Of a stretch of 64,000 nt of DNA, positions 1 through 9,706 are shown piece after piece. Positions within the stretch are counted from its first letter, which is position 1, and every line of letters begins with the position of its first letter. The stretch is from NCBI GenBank assembly GCA_000091205.1, contig AP006492.2; one strand, given 5' to 3'. A program made the position numbers and the translations under genes. Source of the DNA: Cyanidioschyzon merolae. Lineage: Eukaryota. Under the pieces are notes generated by a model that saw nothing but the letters and a program-made list of their open reading frames with translations, did no database searches and was not told the DNA's origin.

Positions 1-1115
1 ACAGCTTCGGTATGCTGCTTATGACGATGACACCTGCGCGCGGTCGGATGTGCCCGTATTCATATGTATATACATCAGAGATCCCCCGACTTCGACCGCC
101 AGCCTTTGGCGCGAAAACGCGTGCTGCATCGCTCCGCAAACGCCTGTGACGGGTACCGAAGGCTCCGGTTGATGCCTCCTCGTGCGTTCCTTGCGGCCGG
201 TGTCGCACGCCTCCATCAAGCGCTTGTCTGGGGCGATCCGCTCGGCGAGTACGCCGTCCGCTGGACGTGTACGCGTACGCCGTCGCATTCGAGAGCGCCT
301 CACAAAAGGCGATGTCGTGCCCGATGGACGGCGCGCACGAGTTGCACGGAAACAGCGATACGGAAAACAAGAAGCATGCGTGATTCGACCATGCCACACA
401 CGAGGCAGAGGAAAAGCCTCGAGACTCTTTTCTACGAACTGAATAATGATACCAGTTGTTTTTGGAACCATCGTTCGAGGGCGTCGCGAATCACCCTGAC
501 GCTGTTGACGGTACGAATTCCAGCGGCAAAGCGTCGATTGCGTCACTCCGAAACCACAATCCGGAATCCTGGAACTGCACATGGATCCGTGAGCCCTTAT
601 TGCATCCATTTGGACATCGATCTGTACATCTAAAGAGCGTTCGGGAAACTAATCGAAAAGCAAGATGCGAGTAAGCAATTCGGTGCTCCTTCTTCATATG
701 AAGCGAGTCGATTTTTTCGAATCATGCATACGAACCACGAGTTCCGCCATCAAGCGATAATTATTGAAACCAGGAGAGCTTGCATTATCATGCTGCACAA
801 GACCTTGATATTCCGCCAGCATCCACCTTTAAATCCCTCCGATAATCGTGGCTCGTTCGTATGCGTCTCCCAATGCCTGCCACTAGCAGTCGCCCGCGAA
901 TGGTGTCTACCCATCTACGAAACGTCGTTCGCGCAGGAGCTGACAATGCGGGTCTCGTGGACGCGCCGCCTCCCAGTGCGTGGAACAGGACCTCGTTATT
1001 CTTGCATTCGCGCTGCACAGCGAGGCACACATCCTCGCCAGTAAGGATCGCTTTTTATCTTTCTCGTATACCACGACTGCTGTTTGATTAGGTACGGGGG
1101 CCAAGTCTTCAAAAA

Positions 1116-3218
1116 ATGCGCTGCGGCCGTCGTTTGATTTTCGTGCTTCTCTCGGTACTGCTGAGTTTCTTGGGCGGCCTCCCAGTTCAAGTCCTGGTAA
1201 GCAGCACCGACCTGGACCCTTTCCAGTACGCAACGCGGGGTGAGGAGCCTGCTAACATTTTGAGTTTGATCTCAAGCCAAACGATTCCGCGGGAGGACGA
1301 GGATATTGCTGCGCAGGAGTTCCACTCGGGAGCTTTTCTTGAGAGCTTTGACAACGAAGGCGTCGACGCCGCCGTACTTTCCCACGAGCCCGCTCGTGGA
1401 ACAGCGACGAAAGCCTACGTCACTCGTATACTGAACTGGAGGCACGAGCTGCCCGCAGCGTGCGCGCTTGCATACTCCATTGCTTCGGTCGTGTACGGCA
1501 TTGAGGATATTTCCAGAATCAGTGCCGGTGACGTCGAGCTTGTTGCTCTTGTTGAAAGTCAGCGGCTGCCGCGATCTGCCAGGTTCTACCTGGAAAAATG
1601 CGGGTACCGCGTAGTGCCGGTCCAGCCGCAACTAGGCATCCCAGATTTCCTGCGCTTGCCGCTTGCGTCATGGTCTCTCACCGAGTACAAGGCAGTTATC
1701 TTTATTGAACCCATAAGCCTGGTTCTGAGCCCCTCCGTGCAGGAACTCTTTCACTGCGGCTGCTTCTGTGCGGCGGTTCAAACAGGAGAATATTTCTCTG
1801 CTGGGGTGTTTGGCTTACGTCCAAGCTTGAAAGTTCATTCGCGAATGCTGGAGTTCCTCCGCAGGGATGTCATCGGCCTGGACTGGCCCCCCGCGCATTA
1901 TGCGGAAAAGCACCGGCATCTTTTCACAGAAGCGAGCAGATCACTGGGTGCTTTCTTGAACACGTACTTTCGAGACTTTTTGCGTGCGCCGTATTTCCCT
2001 CAAAAGATTCCAGCTGAGCACATTGATGAGGATGATATGGAGTACGGCGAGCTCATGCGCAGCTGCTGTGACGATCCGATCCTGCTGGTGTCGAGCCTGC
2101 GACTAGCGTCGGACCCCAACTCGGTTTGTGTACGGCGACTGCCGATCGGGTACAATGGCGACCCCGTGTTTCATGGCGTATTCTCCAATACCCGTGTCAT
2201 TCGATTCACAGTGCCACTGACGCCGTACGCCTGGTGGAGCGCATGGGTAATCGGTAATAAAGCAGCATGGCGAGCATCGCGCCGTGCTTTAGGAAGTGTT
2301 CGCGCTCGCTTCTGGGCTGCTGGGCCGCCCTTTCTGGGGCCGCTCATGTTAGGCAGCGGATTGATGGGCCTCGCTGCCGCCATTGTGGTACTGCTTGTGA
2401 GCTGGCGAGAGGCGCGACACCCGTTTCTGGGCCACTGGCTCGCGACCGTTCTGGGTACGCTTGCCAACGTGCAGCGCAACGCTCTCATCGAGCGCGGAGG
2501 ACAAAAGCGCGATCGCCCATTCAGGTTTTGGAGTCGACTCAGAACCGCGAGACGCCCGTCTGCGAAAAGTACTGTAGACGCTGGCTCGTGCGACCCCGAA
2601 TCGAGCTGTCGTCTGGAGCGCGCTCCATCAAGTCGTCGGTCGATGTGGATTCGGTGTATGAACCTGCTCGTTGGAAACTTATGTGGTTTGGTCGGTGGAT
2701 TAGTCTTGCCAGCCACAGCCTGGCTCATGGTGCCGACGTATCTGCCAGCACCGGTAGGAGCAGCGCTGTTCGCTAGCTTGTGTGTGGCTTTGCAACACTG
2801 CACGTTGAGTGTTCTCCGCTTTTATTTCCAGCGTCGATGTTTTTCGCAAACCATACCACCACCACCACCACAGGGTGCAGCTTTCGAGGGCGCACGTCAT
2901 CACGCCAGCGAACGAGATAGTAGCGACACCATCAACGCCATAGAAGAGAAGCAGAGTCGGGGCTATCCGCGGCTGGGTGCTTCTAGCCGCCATAGCGCTG
3001 GACTTCAGCGCAATGCTGCACGCCCGCTTCTGCTCCCGCGGTACGTTCACATCGCTCATTTCATCTGGTGGATCGTCGCTCCGCAGATACCGATTCTCTT
3101 TACGAGAAACATTCCGCGCGTGATAACAATTTGGGTCTCGTCTTTATTTATTTATGACATGATCTGTTGTCTGGGTTTCGCCTTTGTACTCCAGAGCGAT
3201 GCACAAGAAAGCTGTTAA
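1116..3218 (+). CDS. Glycosyltransferase family 8 (glycogenin/PGSIP-like) domain protein with N-terminal signal anchor and C-terminal multi-pass membrane region
   Basis: 700-aa uninterrupted ORF. GT8/glycogenin-like motifs seen in translation: AYVTRIL, SWSLTEYKAVIFIEPISLVL (where glycogenin has CWSLTQYsK..FmDADtLVL), SAGVFGLRPS (where glycogenin has NSGVFVyQPS), and FLNTYF. Hydrophobic N-terminus MRCGRRLIFVLLSVLLSFLGG and several predicted TM helices after residue about 380. The DxD position reads E-P-I. Confidence 0.4.
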   Translation: MRCGRRLIFVLLSVLLSFLGGLPVQVLVSSTDLDPFQYATRGEEPANILSLISSQTIPREDEDIAAQEFHSGAFLESFDNEGVDAAVLSHEPARGTATKAYVTRILNWRHELPAACALAYSIASVVYGIEDISRISAGDVELVALVESQRLPRSARFYLEKCGYRVVPVQPQLGIPDFLRLPLASWSLTEYKAVIFIEPISLVLSPSVQELFHCGCFCAAVQTGEYFSAGVFGLRPSLKVHSRMLEFLRRDVIGLDWPPAHYAEKHRHLFTEASRSLGAFLNTYFRDFLRAPYFPQKIPAEHIDEDDMEYGELMRSCCDDPILLVSSLRLASDPNSVCVRRLPIGYNGDPVFHGVFSNTRVIRFTVPLTPYAWWSAWVIGNKAAWRASRRALGSVRARFWAAGPPFLGPLMLGSGLMGLAAAIVVLLVSWREARHPFLGHWLATVLGTLANVQRNALIERGGQKRDRPFRFWSRLRTARRPSAKSTVDAGSCDPESSCRLERAPSSRRSMWIRCMNLLVGNLCGLVGGLVLPATAWLMVPTYLPAPVGAALFASLCVALQHCTLSVLRFYFQRRCFSQTIPPPPPQGAAFEGARHHASERDSSDTINAIEEKQSRGYPRLGASSRHSAGLQRNAARPLLLPRYVHIAHFIWWIVAPQIPILFTRNIPRVITIWVSSLFIYDMICCLGFAFVLQSDAQESC

Positions 3219-3577
3219 TGGGCCCTGGAGCAGCGGCCGTAGCCCGTAAACATCACTCATCACAAGTTCGCTGGGCGGGACTCGACTCCGACCCAAGGCG
3301 CTCTCTATCGCGCCATGAAAAGATGCTTGTGTGCTGCGTATCGCCAAAGGCAAGCACTTGCGCTCTCCCATGCAAGATGAACTCCAGTCTGTCGACGCGG
3401 AACGCTTCTCACCGATGCACGGTACGCGTGCGGACGTCACGCATTCCAACGAAGATGCCGGGATGCTGTCCATGGACAACGACAGGAATGGATAGGAGCC
3501 TGCAGTGTTGGCGTCAAACGCACATCAACAACGAGCATGGACCCGAAGCATCGTTCAAAGTCCGGGAGCATTCCGCT

Positions 3578-5128
3578 TCAAGTGTCGCTCTCCAGCATGG
3601 CCAGGGCACGCGCCGATTCCTCCGCTTGCTCTGGTGTCGTCGGGTAAACGGATCTCAGAGTGTGCGAAATGCCGCTTGTCGAAACCATGCAGGGAACTTG
3701 AAACAGGAACGTCATCGTGTTTGTAATGAGGTTCGCATCTTCGATGAAAGCTATCCGAGCGGGACTCGCTCCAGCGCTCCACAAGCGCACCGAGAGACGG
3801 ACTGCGACGCGGTCACCACGGACGCCAGCAATACTCGAACGCATCTCCAGAATGCTGCCCACGGGAATCGGTCGATGGAAGTCGATATCGCCGATAGCGA
3901 CGAGGCGGGGTACAATACTAAGGCCGGCGTCCTGGCGAGCGCTCTCTTTCGAGACGGTCAGCGACATGGAAGCGTGCTGAAGCACGGTCAAATATGCGAG
4001 CTCGAAAGACCATAAAAGCACCGTGCCTCCAAACATGAAACCGAACAAGTTCCGAACATCGGGCTGTACGATATGCATCGTGCGCATCGTGGTCTCGTCG
4101 ATAGAGACGGAGTTCGCGCTCGATTTTGGTGCTACTGTCGATGAGTCCAAGCGCGCCTTCTCAGATTGACCAGATGCACTGGCATGTTCTGACAAGCTCT
4201 CCCTGCTCGACTGGTGTGATGTGGACGCAGCCAGGCCAGCGTGACGGTGCTGTTGGAGCCGGCTTTTGCGGCGTTCTGTGGCCAACTTTTCTCCACGGGC
4301 GAACGCCTCACGGTCAGCAGCTGTTGCCAGCAGCAGGCCGGGTACCGGGATGGACTTGTTTCCGGAAGCGTCTCGAGCGACGAATACGAACACGGCCTCG
4401 AGGAATGGCGTGCTGTCCCTATCCGCCCGAGCGACTTCACAGGAAATCGTCATAGAAGTGTTTCCAACATGGAACAGATGACCGTTGTACAGGAGGTCGA
4501 AATGGATAGCGGACCAAGGCGGAGCACTGCGGGCTGGTTTCACGGATTCTGTCGAGATTCCTGTCGGCTCTGACTGATGGTGCTGTAAAATGCGGATTTT
4601 GTCGACACAAGCGGTTACCGTGTTGATATCTGGCAGTGCCACATGCCGCAGGGCGATAGAGCCAGCCAGCGCATCGAGGTCTTCGAGCACTCGACCGATT
4701 CGAAGGCTACCCCACGCATTCGTATAAAACGAGCGCAGTGCTGGCGACGTGGACAGCTGCAGGCGCGTGTGCAGGCGCTGCGGGTGCCGCTGGGCCCGCC
4801 CCAGAGCACCAACTGGACTGCTCGGTTGTGTTGCGGTCTGCACCGGGTGCGCGTCGTCGCTCCCTAGCCCAAGAATGCGCTCATTATCCAGGAATTCTGA
4901 CACAGAGCCGGCGTTATAGAGCGGAAAGGCAACAGCTCGGGCCGTGATGGCGTCTTGCATTCTGGGGTGGTACGCGCAACGCTGCTGGTACAGTGTCGAG
5001 CGCGCACACGACCGCAGGACGTGCGCACCAGCTGACGTCAACACGGTGCGCGCTGCGTCAGAGCGGCAGTCCACACAAAGCACGCAAGATATTCGGGCAA
5101 CCGTCTGTAAGCGCTTCACTGAAAGCAT
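3578..5128 (-). CDS. Acyl-CoA thioesterase with tandem hotdog-fold domains
   Basis: 516-aa ORF. Second hotdog: MHIVQPDVRNLFGFMFGGTVLLWSFELAYLTV...VAIGDIDFHRPIPVGSILEMRSSIAGVRG. First hotdog tail: FLEAVFVFVARDASGNKSIPVPGLLLATAADREAFARGE. The basic N-terminus may be a targeting presequence. Confidence 0.6.
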   Translation of the reverse strand: MLSVKRLQTVARISCVLCVDCRSDAARTVLTSAGAHVLRSCARSTLYQQRCAYHPRMQDAITARAVAFPLYNAGSVSEFLDNERILGLGSDDAHPVQTATQPSSPVGALGRAQRHPQRLHTRLQLSTSPALRSFYTNAWGSLRIGRVLEDLDALAGSIALRHVALPDINTVTACVDKIRILQHHQSEPTGISTESVKPARSAPPWSAIHFDLLYNGHLFHVGNTSMTISCEVARADRDSTPFLEAVFVFVARDASGNKSIPVPGLLLATAADREAFARGEKLATERRKSRLQQHRHAGLAASTSHQSSRESLSEHASASGQSEKARLDSSTVAPKSSANSVSIDETTMRTMHIVQPDVRNLFGFMFGGTVLLWSFELAYLTVLQHASMSLTVSKESARQDAGLSIVPRLVAIGDIDFHRPIPVGSILEMRSSIAGVRGDRVAVRLSVRLWSAGASPARIAFIEDANLITNTMTFLFQVPCMVSTSGISHTLRSVYPTTPEQAEESARALAMLESDT

Positions 5129-5153
5129 TTTCTCAGCAAGACTGGCAAAAGAA

Positions 5154-5225
5154 AGGAGGCAGTCGGATTTGAACCAACGACCTATCGGACTGCAGCCGAT
5201 TGCTCTACCACTGAGCTATACCTCC
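5154..5225 (-). tRNA. tRNA-Cys (anticodon GCA)
   Basis: Reverse complement reads GGAGGTATAGCTCAGTGGTAGAGCAATCGGCTGCAGTCCGATAGGTCGTTGGTTCAAATCCGACTGCCTCC plus discriminator U. Cloverleaf with 7-bp acceptor stem, D-arm GCTC/GAGC, anticodon loop CU-GCA-GU, T-arm GTTGG/CCGAC with TTCAAAT loop. A T-rich run follows the 3' end on the coding strand. Confidence 0.85.
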
Positions 5226-5645
5226 TGAGCGGCTTGCGTGAAAATGAGCACAAATTTCTATATAAATACGTGTTCGACGTTGATCGCATCCGCGGCGCAG
5301 CCGCGAATCCCCGCTGGCGCACGCGATCCGCTGCAGGTGCTCGGCGCGTGGCGGCGCGCTGCGCCATCCCTTTGACAAAGCGAAGAAGCGACCTTGGACC
5401 CGAGCGTGCGATAATGATCAAGTTTCATGGGGGAACGCAAAGCGGTACGGTGCGCGCTTGCAACTGCCGTGGCGGTTTCGCTTGGAAAGTGAGCTCTGAG
5501 TCATAGGTGCTCCTCATGTTGTTTCCCTGCGCATGGCGTCGAGCATGAAGAAGCGTGGATAGATTTTTTAGTTTGATTTATGCGCGCAGCGAGACCTGGA
5601 CGCATAAAGATGCGCCCTCCTTCCTGAATGCAATGCAGGGCCGAA

Positions 5646-6320
5646 TCATACACCTCGTATCTGGAGTCGGGAGCCCCCTGCATCGAGACGATGGCGCATG
5701 GATCGGGTCGCTTCCAGCGTTGTGATGACCAAGACAAGCAATTTCAGCAGTGCAGCGTAGAGCAGATGACGCGCGGCCCTTCTCTGAATACTCAAATCCT
5801 GCTGACGCAACCACCACGAGAGGCTTTGTTTGCTGCGAATGTGCAGGACGGCTCGGTACAAGCTCTGAATTTCATTCATCATGTGTTCGAGGTGCTCTTG
5901 TTTCGCTGCAGCTTCCAGTTCTTTCAGAGATCTCTCGGAATTCGTGCGCTCCCCGAGACCGCTGAAGACGGACTGCCATTCAAATCGCAACAGAACCACA
6001 CTAGCTGAGCTTTCTTCGATCCTGCTCAGGCAGAATGCATACGTTCCCGCCTCCGCTACTCTGATATCGAATCTTCCTTCCGGCTCTGAGGTCTCGAAAA
6101 GCGGAACCCCTCTATGTGATATCACGCGAACAGAGACGGGTTTCTTATCGCTCGTAGTGACCAGAAAGCTACCCACAAGTGAGTCGCCTTCCAATACGTC
6201 CTCGTAAAAGCACTCGGGGGACGCCTCAGAAAGCTCTACAAGGTATGCACGGCAGCCAGCAGCGATAAGAAATAACAGCTGAAAAGCGCAACAGACGAGC
6301 ACGAGACGTGATCGGCGCAT
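5646..6320 (-). CDS. p24/emp24 (TMED) GOLD-domain cargo receptor
   Basis: Start taken at internal Met (MRRSRLVLVCCAFQLLFLIAAG, a signal peptide). GOLD-like block CFYEDVLEGDSLVGSFLV...GTYAFCLS, then a coiled-coil region and a C-terminal TM (LLYAALLKLLVLVITTL). The C-terminal tail is longer than canonical, so a short terminal intron is possible. Confidence 0.6.
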   Translation of the reverse strand: MRRSRLVLVCCAFQLLFLIAAGCRAYLVELSEASPECFYEDVLEGDSLVGSFLVTTSDKKPVSVRVISHRGVPLFETSEPEGRFDIRVAEAGTYAFCLSRIEESSASVVLLRFEWQSVFSGLGERTNSERSLKELEAAAKQEHLEHMMNEIQSLYRAVLHIRSKQSLSWWLRQQDLSIQRRAARHLLYAALLKLLVLVITTLEATRSMRHRLDAGGSRLQIRGV

Positions 6321-7688
6321 AGGCAGCACCACAGCTATCTAGACGCGCCGCTCAAGCGGTTTTGCTGATGCACGAACGACGCAGCCGATTGTTGTCCGCT
6401 ACCGGTCGGACGTTTTTTGTGAACAACGCCTGGTGGCAACCGAAGAACCCCGTACCTAGCACTCGTGAATGCGTCTGGCGTGCGTGCGCGCGCAGTGCAG
6501 GGCGTCGCGTTCGCCGTCCGGTGCGCGTGTCCGCAACGGCGACGGCGGGTACGACGGGATCACCCTAGTCACCGCACGTCGTTGTGGAACGCATACCGGC
6601 CATATCGTTTCTACGACAGCCCGAAGAACTTTTTTCCCTGTTTCAAGTAGAAAAATGGTCAGGTGTTTCCTTATCAGCAATGCAACGACCGGGTTATCGA
6701 CTAGGTCTCCGGGCTATGGACTGCGTCGTCCGTTTTCGATTAGGTAGGGCATCGCGCATGATTGCACGCAGAGCGCCGGGCTCGAAAAGCTCGATGCCCA
6801 GGATCCGAAACAAGTTCTTTTATTGCCGTGGATGCAACTGCTCCGTAACCTTCCCCGTGAGTGGGATACGGCAATGTGTCCGTGCAGGCCGTGGGTCGCC
6901 CGATGAAATGCCCATGATTTGTGGATCGCTCTCTACCCTGGCGTTTCATTGAAAGCGTCGAAGATCGTTGGCAACGACAAACCACGCACATCCACGACCG
7001 CACTTGACGGCAGCAAGCGAAGCGAGTCGACGGCTGCTCCACGTCATACTGGCGCCTTCTATCGAGATTCTCGCTCCTGCAATACTTGAACTCTTTCGCG
7101 CTCTGTTTCGTTGATGTTCTGGACGGATGCGGCGATGGGTGGACCACGCTGTCACCGTGCCCCCTGCTGCCTGCTCCATGAAACTGTGTTCGCGATGAAA
7201 TCCCCCTGCGAGCGGCGAGCCCGTGGTAGCATCTCGAGCGAGAGCTCGCCCCAGGCTTCCATATTCACGCACCGTATTCGGGACGTCCGTGGATCCACTG
7301 CCAGCAACAGCATGCAGATACGGGACATTCGGGGACGGTTGCCTCTCGATAGACCAGCTCTCGTCGACGTGTGCAGCGCAGCGGGTACGCGAACGGGTGC
7401 GATACCCGCGCCTAATCTCAGGTGCACTTGCGCGCGCGCTCTCTGCAGAGAATAGGCTGTTTCGCAGGGCGCCTTGTCAGAAGCGACCTCACTGTCTAGT
7501 TCAAAGGCTTGGATGCAGTTCTTTCTGTTTTGGTCACCTGGTCAAACGGTTTCCAATATCGGAGCTCTCTGAGGATAAACAGTCAGTAGTGATCCTTTTC
7601 GACGGAGCGCAGACGTGGCTGGAGGCGACGGGTTCCTTCGGGTGCAGCGCTCGGCGACGTTGCCTCGCGAAAAACTCTTTGAAACAGT

Positions 7689-7928
7689 ATGCCGCTTTCC
7701 ATCGGATCGCTGCTCCTTTCCTTCTTGCTTTGCACAAATGCGATCGTTGTGTTGAACGAGGAGAGGTTCCTCTCACGTGTGGGTTGGCAGCGGGCGCAAC
7801 CTAACGAGGCTCGGGAGACCCTCAAGGGGCGTCTCGTCGCACTGCTGTACGCAGTGCAGATGCTTCTCCCGATCCCACTCATCTTAGCGAATACCGTAGC
7901 AGTCACGTTGTTGCTATTGTTCGGATAA
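7689..7928 (+). CDS. Yos1 / IER3IP1-like small ER-Golgi membrane protein (79 aa)
   Basis: MPLSIGSLLLSFLLCTNAIVVLNEERFLSRVG...LLYAVQMLLPIPLILANTVAVTLLLLFG aligns along its length with yeast Yos1 (LLLINAVAVLSEERFLRRIG...AVQTLLRIPLIGINILVIVYELLLG). Two TM segments. Confidence 0.7.
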   Translation: MPLSIGSLLLSFLLCTNAIVVLNEERFLSRVGWQRAQPNEARETLKGRLVALLYAVQMLLPIPLILANTVAVTLLLLFG

Positions 7929-8356
7929 AGACTCCGGAGCATACCTGGCCTGCTACCGTTGACGACGAATCTGTCCGGAATAGAGGTGATTTACCAGTAC
8001 CCACAAACCCTGGTACTAGGTTTTGCGTGCTTTGCGACATGTTGCTGTCGTCTACCGTTTGATTCCAAGTTATCTGCTTTAGACGAAAAGCATGGTATGT
8101 CCTACGCTTGGTGACAGCCCTGTCCCGCTTGAGCCCCTTGAGCATCTGTGCCGGCCTTGGCCAGCATCTACGACCATGATTTCGCGGTCAGTGTTACAGG
8201 CTCGTTACGACTCAACTCCCCGGTGCAGAAAACTTCGCAGAGGTATGGACGCTCGCGGCGGACGTTAGCAAACTGAGCAAGGCGTCCGCCGTACAGATCC
8301 GGTGCCTGCACGACTCGTAACCTAAACATAGATCGATTCTTCACGTGATGCGCTGT

Positions 8357-9226
8357 CTATGCTTTTGCCTTCGGATAATACGCCAAGAGACGATCCATGT
8401 CCGTCGAAAACGTACGCAGCCATTTGCGAACCGCATCAGTTTTGCGTGGTGTTCGACGGCCTTGGTTGCCACGTATACGCGCCGCCGTCTCTAACTCGCT
8501 AAGGTCCTGAAGTATGTTCCGCACCAGACGATCCGTGCGTTTCTGTACCTCTTCATCGAAGTTCGTATCGGCAACAACGTTAAGCACGTTTCGCAAAGTG
8601 TCGTACCGAAATACCCGCTCAAGCTCTCCAAGCACGTCGTAGGTGTCAGGGGCTGCCTCGAACTTTGCACTTATGTCGCTGACAGCCTGCCGATACTCAC
8701 GCAACGCAGCCAGCTGCTTTTGGACACGAGCCACGTCCTGTTCGGAAAGAGGCGGCGCCTCAAACTGCTCCTCAACGTTGTAACCAGGCTTTGGGTACAG
8801 CTTCTTCGTCAGCGCTGTACCTGCAGCCGCGTTGCACGCGCGCGGGGCCAGGCTACCCGCAACTGCGACGGTGAGCCACGTGAGCAGCGCTCGTCGCGTG
8901 ACGTCACCACCCGGAACCGTCGCTTTGAGCGTGCTGAACGTGTTTCGGGCACAGCTGGTCCGAAATTGGGGTATGTTGCGAAGTCCTCGTTGAGTAAGGT
9001 TTAGACGTAGGCAATGTGTAAACATTTCACCCGAGACGCTTGTACCTGCGCGGGGAGCGCCAGCAGCAAAGCAGGGACGCGTACGACGCGCCGCATTGGC
9101 GACCCCAGCCGCTGGAGCCGTGCGCTCCGCGCGAGCAGCGCCACTCACGTGCGCTCCGCGCCTCCGTTCAGGGGCGTGCAGCGCTGCCAGCATCTCTGAC
9201 AATGCACACGGGGGAAGCGTTTGCAC
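8357..9226 (-). CDS. Putative Tat-targeted thylakoid-lumen protein, PsbQ-like (start uncertain; alternative Met at 9025)
   Basis: S/T/R-rich N-terminal region, then twin-arginine motif TRRALLTWLTVAVAGSLAPRA-CNA-A (RR, hydrophobic core, AxA-like site). The mature part is predicted helical, with VFRYDTLRNVL and ELETAARI segments loosely resembling PsbQ RYDLKTVI / NLDHAAKI. Confidence 0.3.
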   Translation of the reverse strand: MQTLPPCALSEMLAALHAPERRRGAHVSGAARAERTAPAAGVANAARRTRPCFAAGAPRAGTSVSGEMFTHCLRLNLTQRGLRNIPQFRTSCARNTFSTLKATVPGGDVTRRALLTWLTVAVAGSLAPRACNAAAGTALTKKLYPKPGYNVEEQFEAPPLSEQDVARVQKQLAALREYRQAVSDISAKFEAAPDTYDVLGELERVFRYDTLRNVLNVVADTNFDEEVQKRTDRLVRNILQDLSELETAARIRGNQGRRTPRKTDAVRKWLRTFSTDMDRLLAYYPKAKA

Positions 9227-9706
9227 GCAGAGACTCTACACGGCGTACGGTATGCTCAGGTTAGGAACAAAGCAAGCACCGCGGAGACGGAGGTATGCTT
9301 GTGTGACGTGATTCGTCAATGGGTGCGCTTAAGTGACGAGTATCGGGAAAGCGACAAGTTCTGCAAGGAAACGCAACCCTACAAAAGAACTGTACGCCCT
9401 GCCTGCAAGTTTCGTTCTTCTTTAGGGACTCCCTGACGTTTCTTCCACGAATTGCTGTGCTAGTTCGTCGAACTCTGTCTCCGGCAGCGCTCTTAGAGTG
9501 TTTGCGGGAACGCAGCTGTCTGCGATAGTGCTGGACAAACGCGCAGGTGCCAGTAGAGCCAGTGTCCACCGAAAGCTCCGTGTGTCCTCGTATAGGAATT
9601 CTAGGACTGGCCAATTGATTCTGATAGTGGTTGTCTGGTTCATGAAGAACGACCGAATAAAAGCAAGCGGATCAGTTGCTGACATTTCGTGAAAAATGTC
9701 CTCAGT

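Noticed and set aside
19-1100. Mutually overlapping ORFs on both strands at the window start (19-609 minus, 64-633 plus, 724-1044 plus, 907-1233 minus)
   Set aside because: No recognisable domain and mutually exclusive. Likely intergenic or untranslated sequence. Not reported as genes.
3167-4015. 282-aa plus-strand ORF (and others such as 2171-2803 minus, 4126-4455 plus, 13485-14033 minus, 54216-54656 minus) overlapping well-supported genes
   Set aside because: High GC content removes stop codons from non-coding frames. These ORFs lie antisense to, or out of frame within, genes with clear domain evidence, and their translations are low-complexity R/A/P/G-rich without motifs.
9422-9685. 88-aa minus-strand ORF abutting the left IR arm (MSATDPLAFIRSFFMNQTTTIRINWPVLEF...), briefly considered as a roadblock/LC7-like or longin-like small protein
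   Set aside because: Only a short NxTTT resemblance. No alignable family signature.
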